64,000 nt of DNA, taken from NCBI GenBank assembly GCA_964016885.1, contig OZ024747.1, forward strand, positions 77,996,001-78,060,000. The letters are read 5' to 3'. The translations under genes were made by a program, and so were the position numbers. This DNA comes from Eledone cirrhosa. Its lineage: Eukaryota. The notes beneath the pieces are model-generated. The model was not told where the DNA came from, made no database searches, and saw only the letters and a list, made by a program, of their open reading frames with translations. This document shows positions 21,926 through 36,010 of this stretch, piece after piece. Positions within the stretch are counted from its first letter, which is position 1. Each line of letters opens with the position of its first letter.

Positions 21926-24239
21926 GTTAGCCCAACTTTACAATGAAATAGTTAAGGAGCCAGAAAAGATACCATCATGGCTAGTTAACGGCATTACATT
22001 CCTGCTTCCGAAGAATGATGAGACAAACAATCCCAAAAATTACAGACCGATAACTTGCTTGACCACAATGTATAAAATTTTAACATCAGTCCTAACTGAA
22101 TACACATATGACCACCTGATAACAAATGACCTATTTCCCATTGAGCAGAAAGGGTGTAAACGAGGCTCATATGGCTGTAAGGGTCAGCTTCTGGTTAACA
22201 AAATGATACTGGAAGATTGTCATAATAGACACAAAAATCTATCGATTGCTTGGATAGATTATAAAAAAGCATTCGATAGTTTGCCACACAGTTGGATTGA
22301 AAAATGTTTAGAGATTTTCAAAATATCCCCCGTTGTCAGGAGGTTTTTGTCATTCAGTATGAAGACATGGAAAACAACACTCCTTTTGAATAGTGAAACA
22401 AAATCACTGGAAGCTGGAGAAGTTAATATTAATTGTGGAATTTTTCAGGGTGACTCTTTATCACCGCTTTTATTCTGCATCGCACTTATACCATTAAGTA
22501 AAATGCTCAATGAAATAAAATATGGATATAAAGTCTATGACAAAACCATTAATCACTTGTTCTACATGGATGACCTGAAACTATTTGCAAAAAATGATGA
22601 ACAATTGCAAGGGCTATTATCCACTGTGGAGCAGTTCAGTGATGACATTAAAATGGAGTTTGGACTAGATAAATGCGCCAAAGCAACGTTCACCAGAGGA
22701 AAGCTGCTGAAGAGTTCAGACATTAATCTTGATCGGGGGAACGTGATAAGAGAACTTGATCAAGAAAAAACTTACAAATATCTAGGTGTTTGTGAAGGAG
22801 ACGGAATCAAGCACTCGACAATGAGGGAAAGGATAAGGAAGGAATGTTACCGCAGAGTAATCTTAAGAACGGAATTGAATGCAAGGAATAGGATCGATGC
22901 CATAAACACGCTTGCCATACCAGTAGTAACCTACAGTTACAATGTCATCAATTGGTCAAGCACAGAGATCCGTAGGCTCGATACAAAAATTCGAAAATTC
23001 TTAACCATGCACAGAATGCATCACCCTAAGGCAGATATAGATAGAATATATCTCCCTAGGAAAGAAGGAGGACGTGGGTTAATCCAGTTAGACATTGCGT
23101 TGAAAACTGCAACAATTGGATTATCTACATATCTAAGGGAATCACATGATTGGATGATCAAACTCGTTTTGAAACACGAAAGCATCAAAAGATCATATTC
23201 CATTACAAAAGATGCACAAAGATACAGTAATGGACTACAAATTTCAGAAGTCCCATTTATTGCTGAAATGGAAAACACAGAAAAAGCAAAGCAGGTAAAA
23301 GTAACTGCAAAGAAAGAACTGCTACAGAAACTGGCTAAGAAATGGCAAGAAAAGCCTCTGTATGGAAAATACCCAGAGCGAGCTAACAATCCTGATGTTG
23401 ACAAAACTTTAACCCATCAGTCGTTGGCATCCTCTGGACTGAAATCGGAGACTGAAGGACTGATTATATCAGCACAAGATCAGTGTCTGCCAACAAAAAA
23501 TTACCAAGCCAACATAATAAAAAATGGATGCAGCCCATTATGCCGTGTATGCAAAAAACAACCAGAGACCATTGACCATATAATTTCAATGTGCAGTCCT
23601 ATAGCTCCAACCGAATACCTAAACAGGCATGACAGAGCTGCACAATACATACATTGGATAATGTGTAAGCATTTTGACCTGCCCCATCAAAAGAATTGGT
23701 GGGAGCATCAACCACCTCCCATACTTGAAAAAGATCACATCTCAATCTTGTGGAACTTTAGCATCCAAACAGACCGAAAAATAGATGCAAATAGACCTGA
23801 TATAATATTGAAGGACTTTCAAAAGAGGGTATGCCTGCTAATTGATATGTCTGTTCCAATAGACAAGAATGTATCTATAAAAACATTTGATAAATTGAGC
23901 AAATATAAGGACCTGGAGATAGAAATTGGAAAAAATGTGGAAATTGAGAACTAAAACAATACCAGTGGTTGTAGGCGCACCTAAGGGGTCTAATGATTAC
24001 TTATCGCAGATCCCAGGAAACCCGCGTATAGGAGAAATACAAAAGATAGTACTAATGGGAACTGCCCATATACTAAGGAAGATTCTGTCAATATAAGTAC
24101 ATCACAAGTCTAAACACTAAAGATGCATGTGTGAGTATGTATGTTCTTCCTTGAACATGGCGGACCTTGTTGTCTCTTGAGGTCACTGGTTGTGACTTGG
24201 TGATAGCTCGTATGAACATAAAGCAAGATAAATGCAACT

Positions 24240-24240
<1 letters not shown>
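21926..24240 (+). mobile_element. R4/Dong LINE, 5'-truncated (family A), with RT, CCHC and RLE; ends in (TAA)n
   Basis: ORF with NYRPITCL, WIDYKKAFDS, GIFQGDSLSP, YMDD, CRVC..H...C, RHD, ANRPDI..IDMSVP..KLSKY. Frameshift near 23930. (TAA)n from 24241. Confidence 0.92.
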
Positions 24241-24319
<79 letters not shown>

Positions 24320-24346
24320 AAGAAGAAGAAGAAGAAGAAGAAGAAG

Positions 24347-24380
<34 letters not shown>
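24241..24380. repeat. Compound microsatellite (AAT)n(AAG)n(AAC)n about 10 bp into NT5E intron 1
   Basis: Directly visible. Confidence 0.95.
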
Positions 24381-24390
24381 TGTTACTCAC

Positions 24391-24777
24391 CATGGCATTG
24401 TATTGTAACTCATTCATGAAATATGACGAAGCATATCCTTCAAATTCTTGGAACAATAAACTTCCTTGGAAATTGTCCCCGGCATCCAGTAAAAGTACAT
24501 AGGCATCCTGGTTCCGTATTTCTTTAACTTTGGCAGCAATCCGGGCGATTCCTCCAAAACAAAATTCTCGATCTTTATCTTTCTGTCTACATAATGCAGC
24601 GAATTTATTAAGTTCTTGAAACTTACTGTGGAAGTCGTTTGTATGAAGAATTGTAAGCTGGTCACTTAATGCCAAGTCTATCGTATGAACTGGCTGTATG
24701 GTCAGGGTTAGAAAGTATAGTGAGCTCAACTGTAGTAGCAGCTTTCTAAGATATGACTCACAACTAGACGATGACAT
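24391..24777 (-). CDS. NT5E: 5'-nucleotidase (NT5E/CD73-like) first coding exon with probable signal peptide
   Basis: ATG at 24777. Hydrophobic N-terminus, then TILHTNDFHS, FGGIARIA, LLLDAGDNFQGS, ending YNAM at donor gtgagt (24390-24385). This matches the known exon 1/2 boundary (..AM|xLGNHEFD) of vertebrate NT5E. Confidence 0.93.
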
Positions 24778-24939
24778 TTTATATATATTTCTTACGTTGC
24801 TTGCTTTTCGAAATTTATACAAGAATTTTCTTTTTTCTTTTTTTGTTTTGTTATTTTTTCAAATACTTTTGAAATTTGAGACTGTTACGAAACAAAATAA
24901 ATACAGCGTATTATACTTTTTTTTTTTTTTTTGTTATCT

Positions 24940-25094
24940 ATACATGAAGTAGATGTGTATGTGTGTATGTGTGTGTGTGTATAAATATATATATATATAT
25001 ATATATACGTGTGAGTATGTATATATGTATGAACGTGCGTATGTAAAAATATATATGAATGTATATATTTCTATGCCTGTGTGGCGTGTGTATG

Positions 25095-25151
<57 letters not shown>

Positions 25152-25438
25152 GTGTGTGTGTCTGTGCGTGTATCACCGTAAATAACTATACATGTATGTG
25201 GTGTTTGTTTACAGTTTCGAGCAAACAAACCACCAAGTACTCAATTCAATCCTCCCTTGTAGAAGTGAGTGAGAAAGTTTGTATAAAGCGTCAATAGAAC
25301 AGAATTTACAGATATAAAAATATATATGCATACATATATACATACACACATACATACATATATATATAGGAGATATAATCTCTTATGTATGAGCGTTTAT
25401 GTAGTTAAACTTATATATATACATATATATATATACAC

Positions 25439-25469
<31 letters not shown>

Positions 25470-25565
25470 ATAACGGATTAAAGTTTAAGCAAAGAATCGC
25501 TGCTTTCACCCTTAAGAGTTCTTATATATTTGATATATATTTATCCTTATCGAACCCTCTTTGGA

Positions 25566-25627
<62 letters not shown>

Positions 25628-25891
25628 AAATTATATGTATATATGTATGTAAAGAACGAGATCGAATAGCGAGAAAGAGTGTTTTGATGGTGGTGGTCTC
25701 CGTCGGCAAATAAAACAAATGAGATTTATTAGTAAAAGTAAAATAAGTTAACTGTAAAGTGTTCTAGGTGGTCATGTAACTAGGAATATCTCAAGAGAAA
25801 GGGCGCCACAGAGATTTTCTTCAAAATATCTACTGTAGTGGCATATATTAAGTGGATAAAGTCTGGTAAACTTCTGAACTTATTCGGTCCA

Positions 25892-25929
<38 letters not shown>

Positions 25930-26110
25930 GGCGGGGGGGGGGTCTGTGGGTGTGGGTGCGTGGTGGGTGTATGTGTGTGTGTGTGTGCGTATATGTGTGT
26001 GTATGGAGGGGGGATGTGTGTGTGTGCTTAGTATGTGTGCCTGTATTTTTCGGTTTTGTACGTATGTATCTATATACGTGTATTTATATATTTGTATATA
26101 TGTGTGTATG

Positions 26111-26163
<53 letters not shown>

Positions 26164-26275
26164 TATGTGTGTGTTTAGTATGTGTACATGTATTTATCGG
26201 TTTTCTTTGTATGTATGTTTATATGTATATTTATATATTTGTATGTGTGTATGTATGTATATATATATATGTGCG

Positions 26276-26306
<31 letters not shown>

Positions 26307-27299
26307 GAATGACTTTTGGGCTTCTACTTTTGGGGGAGATTTTTATTGTTATAGTGTATTAAAATTGTTTTCTCTGCGCATGTACATACTTATAAATACA
26401 CACAACTCACACACAATAACTTGCTTACATACACACAATCACACACACGCTCATACACACAATGACTTGCTTACACACACACGCTCACACACAATAACTT
26501 GCTTACTTACACACACGCTCATACACACTCACAATAACTTGCTTACACACACATACAAACGCTCACACACACACACACTGCCATAGGCCCACACACATAT
26601 ACACACATACACTGTTGTAGGCTCGCACACATACGCACGCGCTCACACACACACGTTCACACACACACACAAACAATATAAGAAGTGATAGTATAAATAA
26701 AGGAGAGAGAAAAATCTACTTCGATGTTGTTGCTGCTGTTGCTGCCGTAGTTGCTGTTGTTGTTGTTGTTGTTGCTGTTGCTGCCGTGGTTGCTGTTGTT
26801 GCTGCCGTGGTTGCTGTTGTTGTTGTAGTTGTTGTAATTGTTGTTATTGCTGCCGTGGTTGCTGTTGGGTTGCAGCTGCTACTGCCGTAGTTGCTGCTGT
26901 TGCTGTAGTTGTTGTTATTGTTATTGCTGCCGTTGTTGCTGTTGGGTTGCAGCTGCTACTGCCGTAGTTGCTGCTGTTGCTGTTGTTATTGTTATTGCTG
27001 CCGTTGTTGCTGTTGAGTTGCAGCTGCTACTGCCGTAGTTGCTGCTGTTGCTGTTGTTATTGTTATTGCTGCCGTTGTTGCTGTTGGGTTGCAGCTGCTA
27101 CTGCCGTAGTTGCTGCTGTTGCTGTTGTTATTGTTATTGCTGCCGTTGTTGCTACTGTTGTTGTTCCTGCTACTGTTGTTGCTGTTGTTATACTTGTTGC
27201 TGCTGCTGTTGTTGAAGTTACTGCTATTGCTACTGTTGTTGTTGCTGCTGCTGTTGGTATTGTTGCTGTAGTTGTTGTTGTTGTGTGTGTGTATATATT

Positions 27300-27354
<55 letters not shown>

Positions 27355-29232
27355 GTCTCTTATACTTAAACCTCTTCTTTAGGTAACAAGTCGTTCCACC
27401 AGCTTCGGAGTTCAGTTTCTATTATTGTGTATGAGTGTACGTGTGTGTATTGTGTGTGTGTGTATACGTGTGTGTGGGTGTACGTGTGTCTGTGTGTGTG
27501 TGTGTGCGTGCGTGTGGGGGGGGGGGTATGTGTGTGCGTGTACGTATATGGGATGTGTCTGTGTGTGTGAGTGTCTGTGTGTGTCTGTGTGTGTGTCTGT
27601 CTATGTGTGAGGGGTGTACGTGCGTGTCTGTGTGTACGTGGGTGTCTGTGTGGGGGGTTGTGTGTGGGGGGATGTGTGTGCGAGTGTAAGTGTTGTCTGT
27701 GTGTGGGGGGATGTGTGTGCGAGTGTAAGTGTTGTCTGTGTGTGGGGGGATGTGTGTGCGAGTGTAAGTGTTGTCTGTGTGTGGGGGGATGTGTGTGCGA
27801 GTGTAAGTGTTGTCTGTGTGTGGGGGGATGTGTGTGCGAGTGTAAGTGTTGTCTGTGTGTGGGGGGATGTGTGTGCGAGTGTAAGTGTTGTCTGTGTGTG
27901 GGGGGATGTGTGTGCGAGTGTAAGTGTTGTCTGTGTGTGGGGGGATGTGTGTGCGAGTGTAAGTGTTGTCTGTGTGTGTGGGGATGTGTGTGCGAGTGTA
28001 AGTGTTGTCTGTGTGTGGGGGGATGTGTGTGCGAGTGTAAGTGTTGTCTGTGTGTGGGGGTTTGTGTAGGGGGGGTAAGTGTTGTCTGTGTGTGGGGATG
28101 TGTGAGTGTGTGAGTCTATGTATGTGTGTGTGTGTGTGCACGTATTTGTGTGTGTTTGTATAAGACGGTGAATGTGTGTACGTGTCTGAGGGGTAGTATA
28201 GAATATTGAGTTCAAGCGTATATGTGTGTGTGTAAGTGTGGACACATGTGTATCTGTATGTGTACGTGTGTATTGGGTTGCTTGTGAGCGTGTGGTGGCT
28301 GTTTGTGTGTGTGTGAAATAGAGAGTGTATGCGTACGTATTTGTGTGTATGTATGTGTGTGTGTATTGTGTACACAGTATGCGCATGTGGGTGTATGAAA
28401 AATAAAGGAGGGTGTGTTGTGTGTGTGTGCGTGTGCGTGTATGTGTATCGTGTATGCGTGAGTGAGACAGTAGACATATGAAAGAAGAGAGAGGGGGAGA
28501 AAGAGAGAGGGTAAGTGGAAAGAAAGGAAGATGGAAAGAAAGAAAGTAAGAAAGAAAGAAAAAGAAAGATAGAAAGAAAGAAAGAAGGAAAGGACGAATG
28601 AAAGATGCTGTTGATGTTGATGATGTTGTTGCTGTTGATGTTGATGATGTTAAGTTGAAATTATTACAGGTAGACTCCTGCAGGAAAGACGTGCAGGGAA
28701 GGAATTCCAGAGTGGTGGTGTTCGGTGGGGGAAGGATTGGGTGTAGTGGTTAGTGATGTGTGTGTGTGTGTGTTTATGTGTGTGTATGTATGTGTGCGTG
28801 TTTATGTGTGTGTGTATGTGTATGTGTGTGTGTGTGTGTGTGTTTGTGTGTCTGTGTGTATGTATGTTTGTATGTGTATGTATGCCTATGTGTGTATGTG
28901 TGTGTGTGTGTATATGTGTGTGCGTGTGTATGTATGTGTATGTGTGTGTGTGTGTATGTAGGTATGTATGTGTGTGTATGTATGTATGTGTGTGTGTATG
29001 TATGTATGTATGTGTATGTGTGTGCGTATGTATGTATGTGTGTGTGTATGTATGTATGTATGTGTGTGTGTATGTATGTGTGTATGTGGCAGCATCACCG
29101 TCCCAGATGTCGGGGCAGTATTTCAGTGTAGGTCATACTTGAGCTTTGTAGTGGGTCAGAATTTGTTAGTGACTCGTCACCCATTGGAAACCTGTCTATT
29201 GTGACAGTGGGGGCAATTTCACTCTGTGACAG

Positions 29233-29318
<86 letters not shown>

Positions 29319-29430
29319 TACACACATACACATACATACACACATACACAGAGACACACACATACACACACAGACACACACAGACATACACAGACACACA
29401 TACACACACGCGCGCGCGCACACATATATA
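24940..29430. repeat. Low-complexity block: (AT)n, (GT)n, (CA)n, (GTT/GCT)n and a 39-bp minisatellite (~27660-28100)
   Basis: 39-bp unit GTGTGTGGGGGGATGTGTGTGCGAGTGTAAGTGTTGTCT, about 10 copies. The ORFs here are low-complexity artefacts. Confidence 0.9.
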
Positions 29431-29479
29431 TAATACCAAGCGTGAACCTAATAAAACTGTACAATTGCCTCGGCCACTT

Positions 29480-30500
29480 TACCGGTCAGGTATGGCGGCC
29501 TAGGCCTCCGGTCTCCGATCTCACTAGCTTTGCCGGCGTATCTTTCGTCGGTAACCTCGTGCCGCGTCCTCGTCAGCAGGGTTCTTCAAAACACAACAGA
29601 ACCCTCTGTGTTCAGAGAACGTGAGGCCGCCTGTGAGACGTGGGACCGGCTGGGACTTAGCCCAGTAGACGCCCCTCCTCCTTCTCCCCCTGTTGACGTC
29701 AAGTCCCCCCAACGCACTTGGGATGCCATCCAGTGCAGCCTGGCCTCAGATAAGCTCACGCACCAGCTCGACCAGCACCGCCTTGCTTGTTATTCGTGCG
29801 GCCTCCAAACCCCACAGTGGTGCCTGGCTCCATGCTCTGCCCTCCTTCTCCACTGGCACGCAGCTAGACAACCATAGCCTGCGAATCGGCGTTTCCCTGA
29901 GGCTCGGCCTCCGGATCTGCCAGCCACACCAATGTCGCTGCGGTTCCACCGTGGACTCTTTCGGCCTCCACCCGCTTTCCTGTCGCCACAGTGCCGGCCG
30001 CATTCCACGCCATACTGCCCTCAACGAGGTCATTAAGCATGGCTTGGACGCTGCAGGCTTCCCTTCCCAGCTCGAGCCGGTGGGGCTGGATCGAGGGGAC
30101 GGCAAAAGGCCAGATGGCATGACCATCTTCCCGTTCCGCGGTGGCAAACCCCTCGTCTGGGATTCCACTTGCACCGACACTTTATGCAGCCGCAACCTGG
30201 TGCAGTCTGCGACTGACCCAGGTTCTGCTGCACGTCGGGCTGGGGGGGGGGGGGGGGGCAAATTCCTCAAATACCAGTCGCTCTCCGACAGGTTTGCGGT
30301 CGTTCCCCTGGCAGTGGAAACTTCTGGTGTCCTCGGCCCCAGGGCTACCTCCTTACTCACCACCATAGGCGCTGAGCTAGCCAACCATAGGTGTGAGCCC
30401 GCGAGTTGGAGTGGCTTTTCCAGCGCGTCTCCCTTGCCGTCCTCCGGGGAAACGCCTTCTCCATTCTGTCCGCCGGGGCTGTGGGTGGGCCCCATCGCGT
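29480..30500 (+). mobile_element. CRE-clade LINE 3' portion (zinc finger + RLE), frameshifted
   Basis: SGAWLHALP..LRLGL..CRCG..HPLSC..RH..EP.GL..DGKRPDG..WD.TCTDT..KY..PLAVETSG motifs typical of CRE elements. Confidence 0.85.
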
Positions 30501-30923
30501 ACCATTACATTAGTTAAATACCATTCTTTCATCTCATACATATATATAACACACTTGCCTCTCTGTTGCTGTCATATGTAGACTTACCACTTTCCTATAA
30601 ACAAGTCCTATTACGTCTCATATCTTTGTACCTTATTTTTTATCTGAAGAAAACACAACATCTGTCCCAGGATGATTATGTATTCGAAATACGGATAATA
30701 AAATATATGGAACTCTTTTCAACTATATATATATTGAGTCCTGTATTTTCGTTGCTCTAGTGATGCGGTTGGACTGCCGATCGCTATATTTGATTTGCTA
30801 AGCTGTCTAAACGTATTGTTATTACTCTTGGGTACTTTTCCCCATCCGAGTGCTAAAGCTACAGACCGAATTTGCATTCGTTAGCTTGGCCGCGAACTAA
30901 AGCTTCGCTAATGCTGTACTAAA

Positions 30924-30963
<40 letters not shown>

Positions 30964-32395
30964 GAAATAAACCCAGATATATAGACATATGTGTTCAAAT
31001 CGTAAATCGTAAGCGATTTGTGTTCAAACCCTAGCGATCCTGGCCCCTTACGATTTGAACACATATGCCTGAGTATGCAGGTTCGTACGTATGGTGGGTG
31101 TGTGTATATGTGTACTTCTTGTTTTAGTTGACTTACGTCTCCGAACATTCGTGTATTTATATGTAGGTATGTGTGTGCGCTTGTTATATACGTATTTATT
31201 TACTTATATACGTTTATATAATTATTTATTTATTTGTACACAAGCATACACACACACACACATATTTATATGTGCGTGGTTTTGTATACCTATGGTAAGG
31301 TTTTGCGTATGCTTGTGTATGTACGTATTTGTTTGCGTGTACGTATTTATTATTTCTATTACTTCTGTATTGTATTTACTTTGTTCTTAACTCTGTAGCG
31401 GAGATTCATTTAGTCTCCTAGTTAGAATTTTAGTGTACGACTTCTGCTATACCATTTACGTGGTTTTGTTTTTGGTTTTGCGTGCTATTGTTCTCCACGG
31501 TCCACATATGACTTATTATCTTCGTTTTTTCGTTCATTGCCAGAGAACGTCTCTATGCACCACCTAAGAGAACATTAGTCTACGACCTCTTTTATACCAT
31601 AAACGTGGTTCTGTCTTTGCGCGTAATTGTTTTTCACTTAATAAGATGAATATGTGATTTTTGACTTTAACAATGGAATAATTTCAAAGAAATCCGGTTT
31701 ATAATAGCATATGTTCGACCCCAGAATCAAGTTCAGTAAAATTAACTAAGACAATTCTTGGTCACCAAAAAGCGGTGACTTTATTCAACACTGAATGAAT
31801 AGTAATCAGGGACTTAGCCAGACTTCAAAGTTAAGAGATAGAACTAAAACATAGAAATCGGACACGGATTAAATAATTTCGGATTTTTTCTACATTTTTA
31901 TTTTATAATCAAAGACACAAAAAGTTTATTGGTGTTGTTTTTGTTGTTATTGTCTTTTAGTTTATAATTGTTATTTTGTATTAGCGTGTGTAGTATACAT
32001 ATTAATATTATACACAAATATACATGCATGTAGATATGATATGTCAAATAAAATCGTAATTGATAATATGCACAGAAATTGAAGAGAGACTGTGTTACAC
32101 TCTCTTCTGTAATGAGCAAAGTAATCCATGATACATTTAAAAAAGACGATATTATATATAAACCGCATTACGGTGAAATTATGATAATGAAACCTATATA
32201 ACGATTCAAATATATGGATGTTTATATAAGCAATGTAATAAGAGTTATGATATAACGAACGCTAACCGGGAGTGTAGACATTTGAAAATTTTAAAAGAAG
32301 TGAATCTTAATATATAAGAATATTTATGTTTAATCAACAGCTACGAAATTTAGTACATTAATTATGTAATATTCATTCATTATTTATTCAAAGTA

Positions 32396-32582
32396 GGGCG
32401 GTGGATTGGCAGTATCGGTAGAAGGTCGGACGCCATGCTTCAACGCATAGAGTTACGGCCCTTGCCATTTTGAGTTCAAATCCCGCCGAGGTTAACTTTG
32501 CCTTTCATCCTTACGGGGTCGATAAAATAAAGTACCAGTAATGCACTGGGTAATTGCTGGCCTTGTGCCAAAAGTAGAAACA
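32396..32582 (+). mobile_element. Family A SINE with 17-bp target-site duplication
   Basis: ATTATTTATTCAAAGTA at 32379-32395 and 32583-32599 flanks a complete SINE. Confidence 0.9.
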
Positions 32583-32732
32583 ATTATTTATTCAAAGTAA
32601 TCTGACTTATTTTACTAACGGGATAAAAAAAATATATTCAGGACACAATCCCGCACTCCTCCCTTTATTATATTAGGATTTAAACTCAAAACACAAAAAA
32701 GAGCAAATTTACGACAAGTTCATACATTTATA

Positions 32733-33080
32733 GGCGACGAATTGGCAGAGTCGTTAGAGCGTCCACTAGAAATCTTTGCAGCGCGGTGGATTGGCAGTAT
32801 CAGTAGCGAGTCGGGCGCCATGCTTTGCAGCAAAGAGTTACGGCCCTTTATGGTCTGAGTTAAAATCCCGCCGAGGTTAACTTTGCCTTTCATCCTTACG
32901 GGGTCGATAAAATAAAGTACCAGTAATACACTGAGATAATTGCTGGCCTTGTGCCAAAAGTAGAAACAATTATTTTTTACTCTCTGCTCTCTGAGTTCAA
33001 ATCCTGCTGAGGTTAATTTTGCCTTTCATCCATTCCAGGTCGATAAATAAATAGTACCAGTCAAGTACTGGGATCGATTC
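32733..33080 (+). mobile_element. Nested/tandem family A SINE copies
   Basis: An older SINE is interrupted by a younger copy at ~32782-32975. Confidence 0.7.
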
Positions 33081-33227
33081 TTCCTCTATTTCTCTTTCTT
33101 ACTTCCATTCTTTCGCGCTTTTTGTCGAAATCTGCTGTATTCAGACCTGGAGAGGATTGGACTCCGGTAGCTTTTTTTAAATGCTCCAGAAACGTTGTAT
33201 GTTAAAATGCTGCCCGTAAGATTTTCT

Positions 33228-33657
33228 CAGGAGTTACAGGGGGACCCTGTCAGGAGTTACAGGGGGACCCTGTCAGGAGTTAGGGGGGGGGGGACCATAC
33301 CATGTCAGGAGTTACGGAGGGACCATGTCAGGATAACGGGGGGGGGCATGTCAGAAGTTACGGAGGGACCATGTCAGGAGTTACGGGGGGACCATACCAT
33401 GTCAGGAATTATGGGGGGGGGGCCATTTCAGAAGTTACGGAGGAACCATGTCAGGAGTTACGGGGGGACCATACCATTTCAGGAGTTACGGGGGGGCCAT
33501 GTCAGGAGTTACGGAGGAACCATGTCAGGAGTTACGGGGGGACCATACCATTTCAGGAGTTACGGGGGGGGGGGCCATGTCAGGAGTTACGGAGGAACCA
33601 TGTCAGGAGTTACGGGGGGGGGGCCATGTCAGGAGTTACGGGACTATGCCATGTCAG
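33228..33657. repeat. G-rich minisatellite (TCAGGAGTTACGG..GACCATG, ~22-30 bp unit)
   Basis: About 17 visible units. Confidence 0.9.
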
Positions 33658-34313
33658 GCTATTCATTTATATTGTATCTAAAATATAAGATGTTTCTTAT
33701 TTAATTATTTTTCTTTTTAAACGTAAAACGAATACAAAACGAGTCAATTGTTCATGTTAAGTTGCTCGACATTTCAATTTGCCAGAGAAAGAGAACTTTG
33801 TACCATTTCAATATGACTACGGGTGACGTCTAGCTACGTGCATGTTAAAAATTATAATTTATTCATATTATCTATGTTAGATCTGAAGTATAAGATTCAG
33901 AAGTTACATTTTTTTTTATGTTCAAATATTTCACTTATGCTATTTATAACAGAACCTAAGGACACTGAGTAGGATTCAACTATGAATTCTTTCGGGTCTC
34001 ATATATTTTAAAATCCTCTGTAATTTTATCACCGAATCGTCTTTTATGTCCTCTGTGCTGTTTTGTTCTCCATCAAATTTTACAACTGTGGTGTTTTAAT
34101 TTTATTTTATTTCTATTGAGATTCATAGTCATTTCGCGTGAATTAAATAAGAAGCCGTTACCAGATCTATACTACTTTTCTACAAATAAATGGATAAATT
34201 GAAAACATCGTCTAGGACTGTGTTTTACGAGTTGTTTAAAAGTGTAGATTTTTAAAATCTTACTATCCAGGATTTTTTGAAGAACTACTACTAGTGATGG
34301 TAAATTTTGCAAG

Positions 34314-34407
<94 letters not shown>

Positions 34408-35024
34408 TCTCTCTCTCTCTCTGCTACTACTACTACTACTACTGGTTTTCTAGATTCAGTGTAAGAAATCTGATATGAATGGGTTGTTTCCTTAGCACTG
34501 AGAGACGTTTTCAGTTATATATCGCAAGGATAAAGAAAATTGATCAGTTCTGCTGATATCAATAGTAGAGTCAACAATTATCCTAAAGTACTTAGTCACC
34601 TTGATTTTAGCAATTATCTTTGATATGGCCTCGTCTAGGCATGTACCGGATTGATTTTAGAAAGAATCGCGATCGAGAATTGTCGAACTTGATAAGATCG
34701 AATGAACTTCTTAAACCCTAGCTTCAGATGTTGGGTGATTAATAATTGTTGCTTCTCTTCCTGTGGACATCTTTAACTCTTTTTATCCGAATCTGTCGAT
34801 TATGGGACATGTTACGCGTGAAAAAAAAAATTAAAACAAAACCTGACGATCCGACATTTTGTTGATTCAGAAACATAAGGATTATATATGGCGAGAATAA
34901 TGAAAAGTCGGAGGACTGGAAATGAAATTTGTTCGGCTCTGTCGGTCGAAAGAAGGTCCGATATCGTACAGGAGAAGTATTCCAATGAGGACACAGGAAT
35001 CAGACAATCAAGCATGGCGGTGAC

Positions 35025-35427
35025 AATGTCGTGGTTTAAAAGTGTATGTCTAGAAAAGGGAGAGGTCCTATACATAAGACAATATCGTGGTTAAAAAGTG
35101 TATATCTAGAAAAGGGAGAGGTCCTATACATAAGATCAATGTGGTGGTTTAAAAGTGGAGATCTAGAAAAGGGAGAGGTCCTATACATAAGTCAATGTAG
35201 TGGTTTAAAAGTGTATGTCTAGAAAAGGGAGAGGTCCTATACATAAGTCAATGTCGTAGTTTAAAAGTGTATGTCTAGAAAAGGGAGAGGTCCTATACAT
35301 AAGATCAATGTCGTGGTTTAAAAGTGGAGATCTAGAAAAGGAAGAGGTCCTATATATAAGTCAATGTCGTGGGTTAAAAGTGTATGTCTAGAAAAGGTGG
35401 ATGTCCAATACATAAAATCAATGTCGT
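35025..35427. repeat. ~56-58 bp minisatellite, about 7 copies
   Basis: Unit AATGTCGTGGTTTAAAAGTGTATGTCTAGAAAAGGGAGAGGTCCTATACATAAG(AT)C. Confidence 0.9.
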
Positions 35428-35542
35428 CTTTAATGCTCACATCCTGTTTTGTTGAAAAATATGTTAAGCTTTAAATAGTCTTAAACTTAAAGACGTTTAT
35501 TTAATTATTATTGTTATTACTTGTTATTATTTGTTTTATTAA

Positions 35543-36010
35543 GGGCGGTGAATTGGCAGTATCGGTAGAGGGTCGGCCGCCATGCTTTGACGCATAGAGT
35601 TACGGCCCTTGCCATTCTGAGTTCAAATCCCACCGAGGATAACTTTGTCTTTCATCCTTACGGGGGTCGATAAAATAAAGTACCAGTTATGTACTGGTTA
35701 ATTGCTGGCCTTGTGCCAATAGTAGAAACAATTATGTTGAGTTCAAATCCCGCTGGAGTTAACTTTGCCTTCCATCCTTTTGCGATCGATAAAATAAAGT
35801 ACCAGTAATGTACTGAGGTCGATTTAATCGCCTCCCTCACCCACCCTACAACAAATTGTTGTCCTTCTGCCTAGATCAGAAACCAAAGGTCGGACGCCAT
35901 GCTTTGCAGTATAGAGTTACGGCCATTTACAGTCTGAGTTCAAATCCTGCCGGGGTCAACTTTGCCTTTCATCCTTACGGGCTCGATAAAATAAAATACC
36001 AGTAATACAC
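35543..36010 (+). mobile_element. Head-to-tail cluster of three family A SINEs
   Basis: Three successive GAGTTCAAATCC..GATAAAATAAA.TACCAG blocks. Confidence 0.8.

Noticed and set aside
24088-24390. C-terminal poly-L/F extension of the 244-aa ORF, and its TTG start at 24822
   Set aside because: Read-through into the intron 1 microsatellite past the GTGAGT donor. The first ATG is at 24777.
24934-29624. Numerous Cys/Val/His/Thr-rich ORFs
   Set aside because: Translations of (GT)n, (CA)n, (AT)n, (GTT)n and the 39-bp minisatellite.
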